This document shows, piece by piece, positions 25,126-35,657 of a stretch of DNA of 64,000 nt (position 1 is the first letter of the stretch; each line of letters starts with the position of its first letter). Source of the DNA: Octopus sinensis (taxonomy: Eukaryota). The notes under the pieces were generated by a model. The model saw nothing but the letters and a program-made list of their open reading frames with translations. It ran no database searches and was not told the DNA's origin. The DNA lies in the NCBI RefSeq assembly GCF_006345805.1, contig NC_043001.1, positions 73,656,001 to 73,720,000 of the forward strand. Reading direction: 5' to 3'. The translations under genes and the position numbers were made by a program.

Positions 25126-27435
25126 TGGGAAGCAATAGGAATAGAGGAGCTAAGGTGTGTCCTTAGGAAGGCTCATAAATGGAAAACCCCAGGACTGGAT
25201 CGGATCCCTAACTTCTGGCTGAATTGTTTGACAGAGGTACACGAAGATCTCGCTGCATCTCTGTCTGATGTCATTCAGAACCCAGAGCAAATACCTGCTT
25301 GGCTGACTGAAGGAACCACCTACCTATTACCTAAAACCGAAGACACAAAAAACCCAAAGAATTACTGGCCAATAACATGTCTCAACACCACCTACAAAAT
25401 CCTCACATCCATAATATCGGAGAGAATGTACGCTTTCCTTGAACAAAACTCTATCCTTCCACAAGCTCAAAAAGGTTGTAAAAGAAACTCTTATGGGTGC
25501 AAAGACCAATTGCTCATAAACAGAATGATTGCAGAGAATTGCCGGAGCAAAAACAAAAACCTGAGTATGGCATGGATAGACTACAGGAAAGCGTATGACA
25601 GTGTCCCACATAAATGGATACTCAAGGCCCTTGAGATATACAAGATCTCTCCTGTCGTCTCAAAATTCTTAGAGAATAGCATGACCATGTGGAACACACA
25701 TCTCTTTCTAAGCCATAGTAATGGAATGAGCCAGTCCAACAGCATCAACATCAAACGAGGCATCTTTCAAGGTGACTCCCTCTCTCCATTACTTTTTTGC
25801 ATGGCACTGATCCCACTCTCAAACAAATTGGATAGTACCAGATATGGGTACAAAGTTTTTAGTAAGTCAATAAACCACCTTTTCTATATGGACGACCTAA
25901 AGTTGTTTGCCAGGAATGACCAAGAGCTAGAAGGGCTGCTAACAACTGTTAAAGAGTTTAGCAATGATATCGGAATGGATTTTGGCCTTGATAAGTGTGC
26001 TAAAGCAACTTTTGTAAGAGGCAAGCTCAGGCAAACAGCTTCTGTTAAATTAGATATTGACACTACCATCAAGGAACTTGACCCACAAGAAAGTTACAAA
26101 TACCTAGGAATCAACGAAGGAGATGGTATACATCATGCTACTATGAAGGAAAAAATAAGAAAGGAATACTATAGGAGAATAAGGCTTGTACTGAAGACTG
26201 AACTCAACTCCAAAAATTGCATTGAGGCCATTAACACCCTGGCACTTCCAGTAGTCCAGTACAGTTTTAACATCATTAACTGGAACCTTACGGAACTCCA
26301 ACGCTTGGACAGGAAGACAAGAAAATTACTGACATCCAAGAGCATGCACCACCCTAAGCATGTAGACTGCCTGTACCTACCTAGAAGCAGCAGGGGGAGA
26401 GGAATGATGCAATTAGAGCTGTGCTATAAGACCTCTACTGTAGAAATGAACAGGTACCTATCTAGTACAAAGGACTGGATGCTGCGACTTGTGTGCGAAC
26501 ACAAAAGCAGCAAAAAGCTGCATTCTATTGTCAAGGAAGCTTATAAGTTCGAAAGGGAACTAGACATTAACCTTGAATCAGATAAAGAGCCGGAAACCAC
26601 TGCTACCAAGCAAGCAAAGCGAATCAAGCAGACTGCAAAAAAGAACGGGCAGAATCAAATTGAGAGGCGGTGGAGCCAGAAGCCCCTGCATGGACAATAT
26701 ATTCTCCGAAGCCAAAATGCTGATGTAGACCAAGCAACAACCCATCAGTGGCTGAAGAGTTCTGGATTGAAAGCAGAGACTGAAGGCTTCATACTGGCAG
26801 CACAAGATCAAAGCTTGTTTACCAGAAATTACCAGGCTAACGTTCTCCGAAACGGTACTGACCCTAAATGCAGATTCTGCGACACATTTGACGAAACAAT
26901 AGACCATCTCGTTTCGGGATGTCCTGTGCTGACACCAAACGAATACAAAAATCGCCACGATAGGGTAGGACAGTATATACATTGGAAGATATGTAAACAC
27001 TACAAATTCGGCACTCCTGCTAACTGGTATGAACACCATCCTCAGCCAGTTGTTGAAGGTAAAAATGTCACCATCCTCTGGAATTTTCCAGTCAACACTG
27101 ACAGAACGATCAAGGCTAATCGACCAGACATAATTGTTAAAGACAGGGAAGAAAATACCTGCAGACTAATAGAGGTAAGCGTCCCCATTGATAAAAATGT
27201 ATCTGTAAAGGAATTTGACAAACTTAGTAAATATAAGGACCTGGAAATCGAAATACAAAAGATGTGGAATCTTAAAACAAAAACTGTTCCTGTTATTGTA
27301 GGTGACCTAGGTATGATAAAAAAGGGATATCAGAAACACCTAGACAATATCCCTGGAGAACCATGTCTCAAGGAAATCCAGAAGATTGTGCTAACAAGTA
27401 CTGCCCACATCCTTAGAAAAACCCTATCAATGTAA
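25126..27435 (+). CDS. R4/Dong RT-zinc knuckle-RLE ORF (partial); frame is open from the 5' junction, 34 codons before the tracked TTG
   Basis: WKTPGLDRIPNFWL, GIFQGDSLSPLLF, LFYMDDLKL, CRFC...DHLVSGC, RHD, RPDIIVKD...EVSVP...KLSKYKDL; no stop or frameshift over 769 codons. Confidence 0.92.
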   Translation, partial: WEAIGIEELRCVLRKAHKWKTPGLDRIPNFWLNCLTEVHEDLAASLSDVIQNPEQIPAWLTEGTTYLLPKTEDTKNPKNYWPITCLNTTYKILTSIISERMYAFLEQNSILPQAQKGCKRNSYGCKDQLLINRMIAENCRSKNKNLSMAWIDYRKAYDSVPHKWILKALEIYKISPVVSKFLENSMTMWNTHLFLSHSNGMSQSNSINIKRGIFQGDSLSPLLFCMALIPLSNKLDSTRYGYKVFSKSINHLFYMDDLKLFARNDQELEGLLTTVKEFSNDIGMDFGLDKCAKATFVRGKLRQTASVKLDIDTTIKELDPQESYKYLGINEGDGIHHATMKEKIRKEYYRRIRLVLKTELNSKNCIEAINTLALPVVQYSFNIINWNLTELQRLDRKTRKLLTSKSMHHPKHVDCLYLPRSSRGRGMMQLELCYKTSTVEMNRYLSSTKDWMLRLVCEHKSSKKLHSIVKEAYKFERELDINLESDKEPETTATKQAKRIKQTAKKNGQNQIERRWSQKPLHGQYILRSQNADVDQATTHQWLKSSGLKAETEGFILAAQDQSLFTRNYQANVLRNGTDPKCRFCDTFDETIDHLVSGCPVLTPNEYKNRHDRVGQYIHWKICKHYKFGTPANWYEHHPQPVVEGKNVTILWNFPVNTDRTIKANRPDIIVKDREENTCRLIEVSVPIDKNVSVKEFDKLSKYKDLEIEIQKMWNLKTKTVPVIVGDLGMIKKGYQKHLDNIPGEPCLKEIQKIVLTSTAHILRKTLSM

Positions 27436-27589
27436 ATGTTTGTGTTTGTATTACATGGAGATGTTTCTCTACTTCCCCTCCCCAAGCTTTCAGCTATATT
27501 TCAACAACTCTTAACCTTCACTTGCCCTAGGGCGCTGGGTGTGCCCCGGCAAGTGATTGCATCAAACATGCAGATTAAAAGTAAATGAC
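25126..27589 (+). mobile_element. R4/Dong-clade non-LTR retrotransposon, 5'-truncated, inserted in (TAA)n
   Basis: RT plus restriction-like endonuclease ORF; (TAA)8 at 25102-25125; (AAT)n at 27590-27607; 3'UTR hairpin CTTGCC...GGCAAG at 27521-27553. Confidence 0.93.
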
Positions 27590-28740
27590 AATAATAATAA
27601 TAATAATTAAAAAACAAAAAAACCATGTTCTGGAAATTAGCTATAAACTGCTTCAACAATTGTTGATTTAAGCAATGACAGTGGATGATTGTTGATTTAG
27701 GCTATGATAAATAATATCACATTGTATTACAGAGCTGGAATGAATAATTGTTTATTTAGTTCTTTTAGTAATTGTGATGGTTTAATCCGGGAAGAGATAG
27801 AAGTGCCTACCATCTTTGAAAGCCCTCCAAAACTCAAGAGATCTAAACAGTTGATGTTTAGCTTGGTCATATAGGAAGTCAATGTTTGAAGGAAAAACAC
27901 CTGGTGGTGGTGGTGGTAGGGGGAAGAAAATTCTTGGGTTGATACCCTGATGAAGAAGGATCTATGTACAGTATTTAGTGTAGGGCCTGATGTAAAGACA
28001 CAGAGCAGAGTGCAAATAAGAAGAGTGTTGGGTGGTGAATGTGACATGCAACCAGCTAGTTTAGAGTGTCATAGTGATAAATTAGGCAGAATGAGAAGTC
28101 ATCATAGGCCACAAGTTGTAGTCTTATAGTAAATTTTTACCAGCCAGTTGGATGGCATTCCTTTAGATGTAGGTTATGTCGGTGCAGTATTTTTTTGCAG
28201 GTTTAACTTGAGCTTTGTAAGAGAATCAACAGGGGAATGGAGTTAAAGTATTTTCCAACCCTGAATAGGAAGGCTAATTTAGCGCTAGTATCATGAAGAA
28301 ATGAATACAAAAGACTTTGTAAAGTGGCTGGTATTAAGAAGGGAATCTTGCCAAAACAGAATCTGCATAATGAGACATGATCTTCCCAAACCATCCAGGA
28401 GGGCAGTAAACCAGAATAACTGACTAAGGCCATGATATATCTGTTCAATCCATGCTGTTATGGAAAGGGGAACATAAAATGATGGTGGTGGTGATGTGTG
28501 TTGCTAAAGATTAGAGAAAGTGAGGGAGATTGTTTCCTTGATATAAACAGTAATTTTGTCATTGTGCTATAGAAGAAGACAAGATCATGTCACACCCACA
28601 CTGGAGAGTCTTTGCTGTTGTCTGCAGGGCCAGTGTTAGAAAATTCAGTGCTCTAGGCTAGTGTATTCCTTTCTCTCAATCATGACTATTTATTAAATAC
28701 AGCTAGGAGCAGTAGCTTATTAATATATAGTGTACAATAG

Positions 28741-29130
28741 GGTGGCGAGCTGGCAGAATCATCAGCATGCCAGGTGAAATGCTTAGTGGTATTTTGTCTG
28801 CCGCTACGTTCTGAGTTCAAATTCCGCCGAGGTCGACTTATCCATTTAGGGTCGATTAAATAAGTACCAGTTATGCACTGGGTCGATATAACCAACTTAA
28901 TCCGTTTGTCTGTCCTTGTTTGTGCTCTCTGTGTTGTGGTAAAGAAATAGGTATTTTGTCTGCTGTTACGTCCTGAGTTCAAATTCTGCCGAGGTCGACT
29001 TTGCCTTTCATCCTTTCAGGGTCGATTAAATAAGTACCAGTTACACACTGGGTTTGATGTAATGGACTTAATCCCTTTGTCTGGCCTTGTTTGCCCCCTC
29101 TATGTTTAGGCCCCTGTGGGCAATAAAGAA
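28741..29130 (+). repeat. Dimeric SINE with 16-bp TSD
   Basis: Two tandem monomers; ATATAGTGTACAATAG at 28725-28740 and 29131-29146. Confidence 0.85.
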
Positions 29131-30272
29131 ATATAGTGTACAATAGTTTGGCTGGTGATTTAAACTATAACCTACTTTTAGATGAAATAACCACATTTTA
29201 TGATTAAAGTATATCAATGTAGAGTAACATGCTTTTCTTAAAATGGCAACATGTGTTAACACAAATTATTTTACAGGCAGAATACTGATTTCAAAGTTTG
29301 GCACAAGGTCAGTAATTTCTGGGAAGAAGTAAAGTTGATTGCATAGACCCTGGTGGAACTTGAACTCAGAATGTGAGGACTGATGAAATGTTGGTAAGCA
29401 TTCTGCTTGGTGTGCTAACGATTCTGCTAGCTCGCTGCCTTTTACAGGCAGAATATTAACCCAAACTCTTCACCCTTACTAATCATAAATCCTGACCATT
29501 AACCCCTCTAATTCCTGAGCCAAAAATACTTACTTTAATGTTCTAATAAATTTTTTCATATGTCAGTAAAATAAAACAAAGTGGTGAGTAACATGTCTCA
29601 ATGCTAGCATAACCAACGTATCCTCATTCTATCTCGACCTGCTAGAAATAGTAACAAAATCTTTCTTGAGTCTCACTATACATCTTAAAAATAGGAGGAG
29701 GTATATGTATCTGGGATAATACAGTTTTGAATATATTATACTTTAAACAAAGATGGGATGATTGTGGTTTGAACACCTTTGATCATAGGTTTGTCCAATC
29801 AGGAGTGTCATGTGGTTAAACACCACCACCACCAACAGCCATTCTGCATCTGACTTCTCATCTACATAAAAGTTTTAATGGGAACAGATCACTAATAAGC
29901 AGACAAGTGTCACGGGCCAATGAGAGAGCCTCTATGTAGTCATTTGAGCAACCAAATATCTCTCAAACCACTCTAGCATCTTAAAGAGCAATACAATGAG
30001 CAACATAGTCCCTTAGATACAGAGGAAATGGTCATGATTGGAATGTCCTTGAACAGAGCTGATCTGGGGGCTAAATGACAACATAGAGACATTTTATACA
30101 TCACTGAACAAAGGTATATAGTTAGACAGGCATGGTTGTGTGGTTAAGAAACTTGCTTAGTAACTATGTAGTTTGGGGTTCATTTCCACATCTTGGGCAA
30201 ATGAAATCTACTATAGTCCCTAGCCGAATAATGTATTGTAAGTGAATTTAGAAGACAGAAACTGTGTGGAAG

Positions 30273-30314
<42 letters not shown>

Positions 30315-30431
30315 CAGGAAATGTATCAGGACATGAAATGTAAAAGCCGGACTGGACTATTTTATGCGCAACTCCATTGTCTCCCGAAACAAAAAGGATG
30401 CCAACCAACAACAATATATATATATATATAT

Positions 30432-30469
<38 letters not shown>

Positions 30470-31103
30470 CCGATGAGTGTGTGTGTCTTTGTGTCAGTGG
30501 TTGTCTTCCCAACTTCACTGCCTGACAACCGGTGTTGGTTTATGTGACATAGTGGTTCGGTAAAAAAAAAAAACGTATAGTACCAGACTTAAAAATCAAT
30601 GTTAAGGTCGCTCTTTTCGACTAAAACTTTTTAAGTCAGTGCTTCAGTATGGCCACACTCCAATGGCTGAAACAAAGTAAAATATATGTTGTGGTAGAGA
30701 CATATAAGCCACGTAATGAGTTTCATAGCAGTTTGTTTTTTCAACAGATGTCACGAATATCCATGTAACATTAATCAATAATAGAAAAAAAACACAGTTA
30801 AAAAAAGAGAGAGAGAGAGATAAAGAAAGACGTTGAGAAATACAATGAAGAGAGTTTTACATACGAAAATATGTAAGATTTGTATGTAAACAACGTTCTC
30901 AATGTAAATGAATAAACAACGTCCCCATATTTGAAGATGGGTCGCAGTTGGATTTTAATCGACTCACTTCTTGACTAATAATTACCTTATATACCCTGCC
31001 ACGTTGATCACATGGGTTCTAGGAGTGCCTGGGAAAGTGAAAGACGCAACCCCTTCCTTCAGACTAAACTATTACAATACAACACACATAGGAAGACGTC
31101 ACA

Positions 31104-32170
31104 TACGAGGGGCGTTCAATAAGTAATGCCCCTGACCCACTTGCAGTTGTTTGATCTAGCTGAAATTTTGCATGTGCACTTATTTATACCTCTATAGATT
31201 AAGTGGCGAATCACAGCTCTGAACTAATTGTGGTTTCTGATTTACAGGTGTTTGAACTGAGTCAAGTGTGAAATGGAGCCTGTTGAGTGTCGAGCAGTGA
31301 TCTGGTTTTTGTATTTGAAAGGACGCACACCACGGGAGACTTTTGATGAAATGAAAGTAACTTATGGTGATGATGCCTCATCATATGACCTTGTAAAACG
31401 CTGGCATTGTGAATTCAAACATAGTCGGAACTCTGTGGAAACAGCTCCCAGATCTGGTCGCCCCCTTCTGCCGTTGATGAGACGTCTGTCCGTCAAGTTG
31501 AGGCTGCCATTTTGGAAGGTCAACGCATAACTATTCGCCAAATAGCCCATAAGGTCAAGATTAGTACCGGGTCTGTGGAAACTATCATTCATGACCATTT
31601 GCATATGCAAAAGGTGTCTGCCAGATGGATTTCCAGGTTGCTCACACCTTTCCAGAAGCAAGAACGCGTTGAGTGCTCGAGGATGAATTTGGAGATGTGC
31701 CAAGAAGATGAGTCAAAATTTTTCAAAAGACTGATCACACAGGATAAAACCTGGGTCCATCACTATGATCCATAGACCAAAGCCCAGTCAATGCAGTGAA
31801 CGCACCGTGACTCACCTCCTCCAAAGAAGGCAAGGGTGCAGCCCTCCGCTGACAAGGTTATGCTCACAGTCTTCTGGGACCAGGACGGAGTAGTGATGAC
31901 AGATTTCCTGGCAAAGGGTACCACAATTACAGGAGCCTATTATGCTTCACTTTTGAGGAAATTAAGAGAAGCTATCAAAATCAAGAGGCGGGGCAAGATC
32001 AGCAAAGGCATCCTCCTCCTGCAGGACAACGCTCCCGTCCACAACTTGCGTGTCGCCAGATCAGAAGCACAGGCGTGCAGCTATGAACTCTTCCCCTTGC
32101 ACCCTCTGATTTTCACCTCTTCCCAGCCATGAAGTTGATTTTGAAAGGAAAGCGTTTCCCAGATGATGCA
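31104..32170 (+). mobile_element. Mariner (DD34D) DNA transposon, decayed; right TIR not clearly present
   Basis: TA + TIR CGAGGGGCGTTCAATAAGTAATGC at 31104; transposase fragments downstream; 3' end replaced by a SINE. Confidence 0.9.
31272..32170 (+). pseudogene. Mariner transposase pseudogene
   Basis: HTH region (RAVIWFL...KRWHCEFK...APRSGRP), WISRLLT, TQDKTWVHHYDP, KVMLTVFWD, LLQDNAPVH, PSDFHLF; frameshift near 31470, stops near 31773 and 31798, YSPDLAP deleted. Confidence 0.9.
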
Positions 32171-32174
32171 GCCT

Positions 32175-32405
32175 TTTTCTGTGGAGTCCCCCCCCCCCAG
32201 CTGGATGGGACGCCAGTCCATCGCAGCGTTACTCAAGAAACAGGAATAAAGAGTGAGAGAAAGTTGGGGCGAAAGAGTACAACAGGGGTCGCCACCATCC
32301 CCTGCCAGAGCTTCGTGGAGTTTTAGGTGTTTTCGCTCAATGAACACACACAACGCCCAGTCTGGGAATCGAATCGCGATCCTCCGACCACAAGTCCGCT
32401 GCCCA
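32175..32405 (-). mobile_element. tRNA-derived SINE at the mariner 3' end
   Basis: Minus-strand head GGGCAGCGGACTTGTGGTCGGAGGATCGCGATTCGATTCCC (B-box-like); GGGACGCCAGTCCATCGC body motif. Confidence 0.6.
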
Positions 32406-32661
32406 ATCAGCTGTATTTCGGTAATAATTTTTCATTGCTTAATAACGCCCATTCTTTTAGAATAATTGCATTTTATCTTATTGCTCTACTTAACGTTTTC
32501 TATTGTTTATGTTCGAGCTTCATTCATGCAACATGTCTTATCAGCATTCTTCCCACAAGCATGGCATTTGTATACTTAAACATATACGTTACAGGAATAT
32601 ATGAAACAATGACATCAAACCAATATAAAACATGCTATCTTACAGATAGCGTGTTCGCACT

Positions 32662-32705
<44 letters not shown>

Positions 32706-32710
<5 letters not shown>

Positions 32711-32945
32711 ATACTATATGTTACATTACTCGGTAGTCAAGATAAAACTCTGAGTTTCAGATGCCGAAGTGGAAATCCACAACACCATCTCTTCGGTTAT
32801 CTGGCTATTTGAAAACGTTGTATTTTTTCATAACGTTTTCAAATAGCCAGATAACCGAAGAGATGGTGTTGTGGATTTCCACTTCGGCATCTGAAACTCA
32901 GAGTTTTATCTTGACTACCGAGTAATGTAACATATAGTATAGATA
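32706..32945. repeat. Foldback palindrome A: 114-bp perfect arms, 12-nt spacer
   Basis: 32706-32819 is the exact reverse complement of 32832-32945. Confidence 0.95.
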
Positions 32946-33019
32946 AATTTCCTCTATTTACATAATATTGAGGTCTCTTTCTTTCTTTTGTTATCTTACC
33001 GTTTTATCATATATATATA

Positions 33020-33045
<26 letters not shown>

Positions 33046-33050
<5 letters not shown>

Positions 33051-33473
33051 AATTAAATTAGAGATAAAACCACTATTAGGCAAATCAAACAGTGAAAAAC
33101 ATAAACCAAAACATAGAAATAAAATTAATTAATATAATATACAAAATATATAAAATATAAAATTATTAATTTATATTTATAAATTTATATATATATATAT
33201 ATATTTATTTATTTATTAAATATATATAACTATCAAAAAGTATTAAAAAGTTTAATATAAGATAAACTTTTTAATACTTTTTGATAGTTATATATATTTA
33301 ATAAATAAAAAATAAAAATAAATATATATATATATTATATATATATATATATATATAAAAATTTATAAATATAAATTAATAATTTTAAATTTTGAATTTT
33401 ATATTTTATATCTATGTTTTGGTTTGTTTTTCACTGTTTGCCTAATAGTGGTTTTATCTCTAATTTAATTTAT
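33046..33473. repeat. Foldback palindrome B: AT-rich imperfect ~210-bp arms, ~8-nt spacer
   Basis: AAATTAAATTAGAGATAAAACCACTATTAGGCAAA... mirrored by ...TTTGCCTAATAGTGGTTTTATCTCTAATTTAATTT; centre near 33258. Confidence 0.85.
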
Positions 33474-35565
33474 ATTTAAACTGTAAAATTAGATTTAATC
33501 CTAAATCTAATTTTCCCTGTAAGTTTGGATTTACTCCCTAAATATTATTATATATATAGCCCAACAATTACTGCTTTGGCCAGAGTCAAAATACATGTCT
33601 CCTGACAAGTTCAACAAGCCGTGACGTCTAAACCAAACACCAATCAACTTAATTTAGTAAATACGGTTTGCATAAATTAACATTTTGGAGCCTATACAAA
33701 TGTATTTAAGGCACACAGTTTAGCCATCTCACTACAGTTGTAAATTGTAAAACAACTGTCACCACTGCTACATGAACCTGAAGATTGCATAGTTTAATGC
33801 ATGAAAGTACTTGTTCAATCAGAATGGACATTTAATATTCTATGATTTCATTATATTATATTATTATAAGATTGTAAATGAAACGTGAAAACCAAAGATG
33901 GAATTTCTTTGAGTTATATATTCTTCTATACACAATCATACACGTCTGTCTGTCTGTCTATCTATGTTCCCATAGTCGATATGTATCACTTCACAAAAAT
34001 ATGTTGGCTAGATACGAATGGAAAATATAATTCCATATTACATTGGGGTGGGTTAAATATTTTCTTTCTTTATCAAATATCACAAAAGAAAAAGAATTTC
34101 TGTTCCATTCGCATCTTGGATGCCTTCTAGGAATAAGTTATCCTTTTATGTGCGCCTTATATCCATTCGTCAGCTTGACTCCCTGCTTGCTAGATCTTTG
34201 TGAAAGGGATCGTACCTGTATATTCTTTGAATATTCGGTTTGATAAAGTTTCGTGCTGTCCTTAATCGATGAATGTTTAGTCGTGTATTTTTATCAAGTA
34301 TACATCTAAAACGCGAATGTTTTTCTTATTTTATTTATTATTCGATGTTTAATGTGCTGCTTAAGACACCTGTTCTACTGCTACACATTTGTTACTTTAT
34401 ATTTCCCATTATTTTAATAGAGCACAATCAATAAATGTAAAGTGTTTAATATTTTTCTTCAATGCCAAGGACGGCGAATCATTGTCACTAATGAAATTCA
34501 ATGGCCAGTGGGAAAGAAAAAATAAAGTCAAACTAAACAAGAGATCAATCGTTGATATCAGCTTTACCTTTCATCCCTCCGGTGTCAATAATGTAAGGTA
34601 TCTGTTAAGTACTAAGGGTGTCAATATAATCAACTGTTCTCGCCGATTACGAAACAAGTTATATAATTAAGGCAATTAGCCGACAGAATCGTTAGCGTGT
34701 CAGACAAATGCTTAGTAGCATTTCTTTCGTCTCACTGTTCTGAGTTCAAATAACGCCGAAGCCTACTTGTCCTTTTGGAATCAATAAAATAAAGTACTTG
34801 TCCAGCACAAGGGTCGACGTAATCGACTGGGGAAGTCGATTACATCGACATTCAACTTAAAATTGCTGTCCTAATGTCAAAATCTGAAATAACAACAATA
34901 GTTATTATATTTAGTTAGATGACAAGTAGGTGCTCTGTATAGTTATCAAATCTACAGTATTTTAATAAAGAAATGAACACCACAGAATCTCTCTCTTTTT
35001 GTCACCTTTAATCTGACAGGTGTATGTAATAGATTTACGACCAAGAATAAACGGACGAACATACAAGCACGACATAAAACAATTGGTGGGAAGGAGTAAA
35101 TCTTGCTCCATGACAACATTTCTACCTCCGTATAATACATTAGTTTAGTAGGTTCAAATATTTATTTCAAACTCGCAATGAACATCGACCGTGTTGACAA
35201 TTACACATGGTTGATAACCTTCATCAAAATAATGTAAACTCAAGCAATCACATGTGTAGTAAATATCATATTTAACAAATAAATTCTATCAAAACTGAAC
35301 AATATCCAAACTGCAACTGAAGGTGTAAATATTTCTAAATCGGTCAGAAAACACCGGCAAGCCTCGATTCTTTGTAATCAAGGTAAAACTGTTGACACTT
35401 GATCATTCAATCATTTGTTTACACAACAACAACAGGAAAAAAAACCCTGAACGTGTAAACTATCCAGTGTCAAAACAAAAAAAAAAGTTGGAATAATCGA
35501 CAGCCTAAATACGATAGCTTTGAATGATGTAGAAGAATAGGTGTTGGTAATTTGTCAATACTTAC

Positions 35566-35657
35566 GCTTTATTCCTATTTATACATTCTACAGTCGGTAG
35601 TAATTCTATACCAATTGGAACAGAAACAACCCCTTCCTTCCTAGACGACGCCATCAT
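35566..35657 (-). CDS. SLC37A2: SLC37A1/2-like sugar-phosphate exchanger, coding exon 1 (MMASSRKEGVVSVPIGIELLPTVECINRNK + GC, phase 2)
   Basis: ATGATGGCG start in a CpG-retaining region; GC|GTAAGT donor; phase 2 joins in frame to 16902; VPIGI resembles invertebrate SLC37A N-termini. Confidence 0.8.

Noticed and set aside
34085-34220. Small hairpins and repeated CCATTCG in a CpG-retaining intronic patch, possible snoRNA
   Set aside because: No convincing C/D or H/ACA boxes and no long stem.
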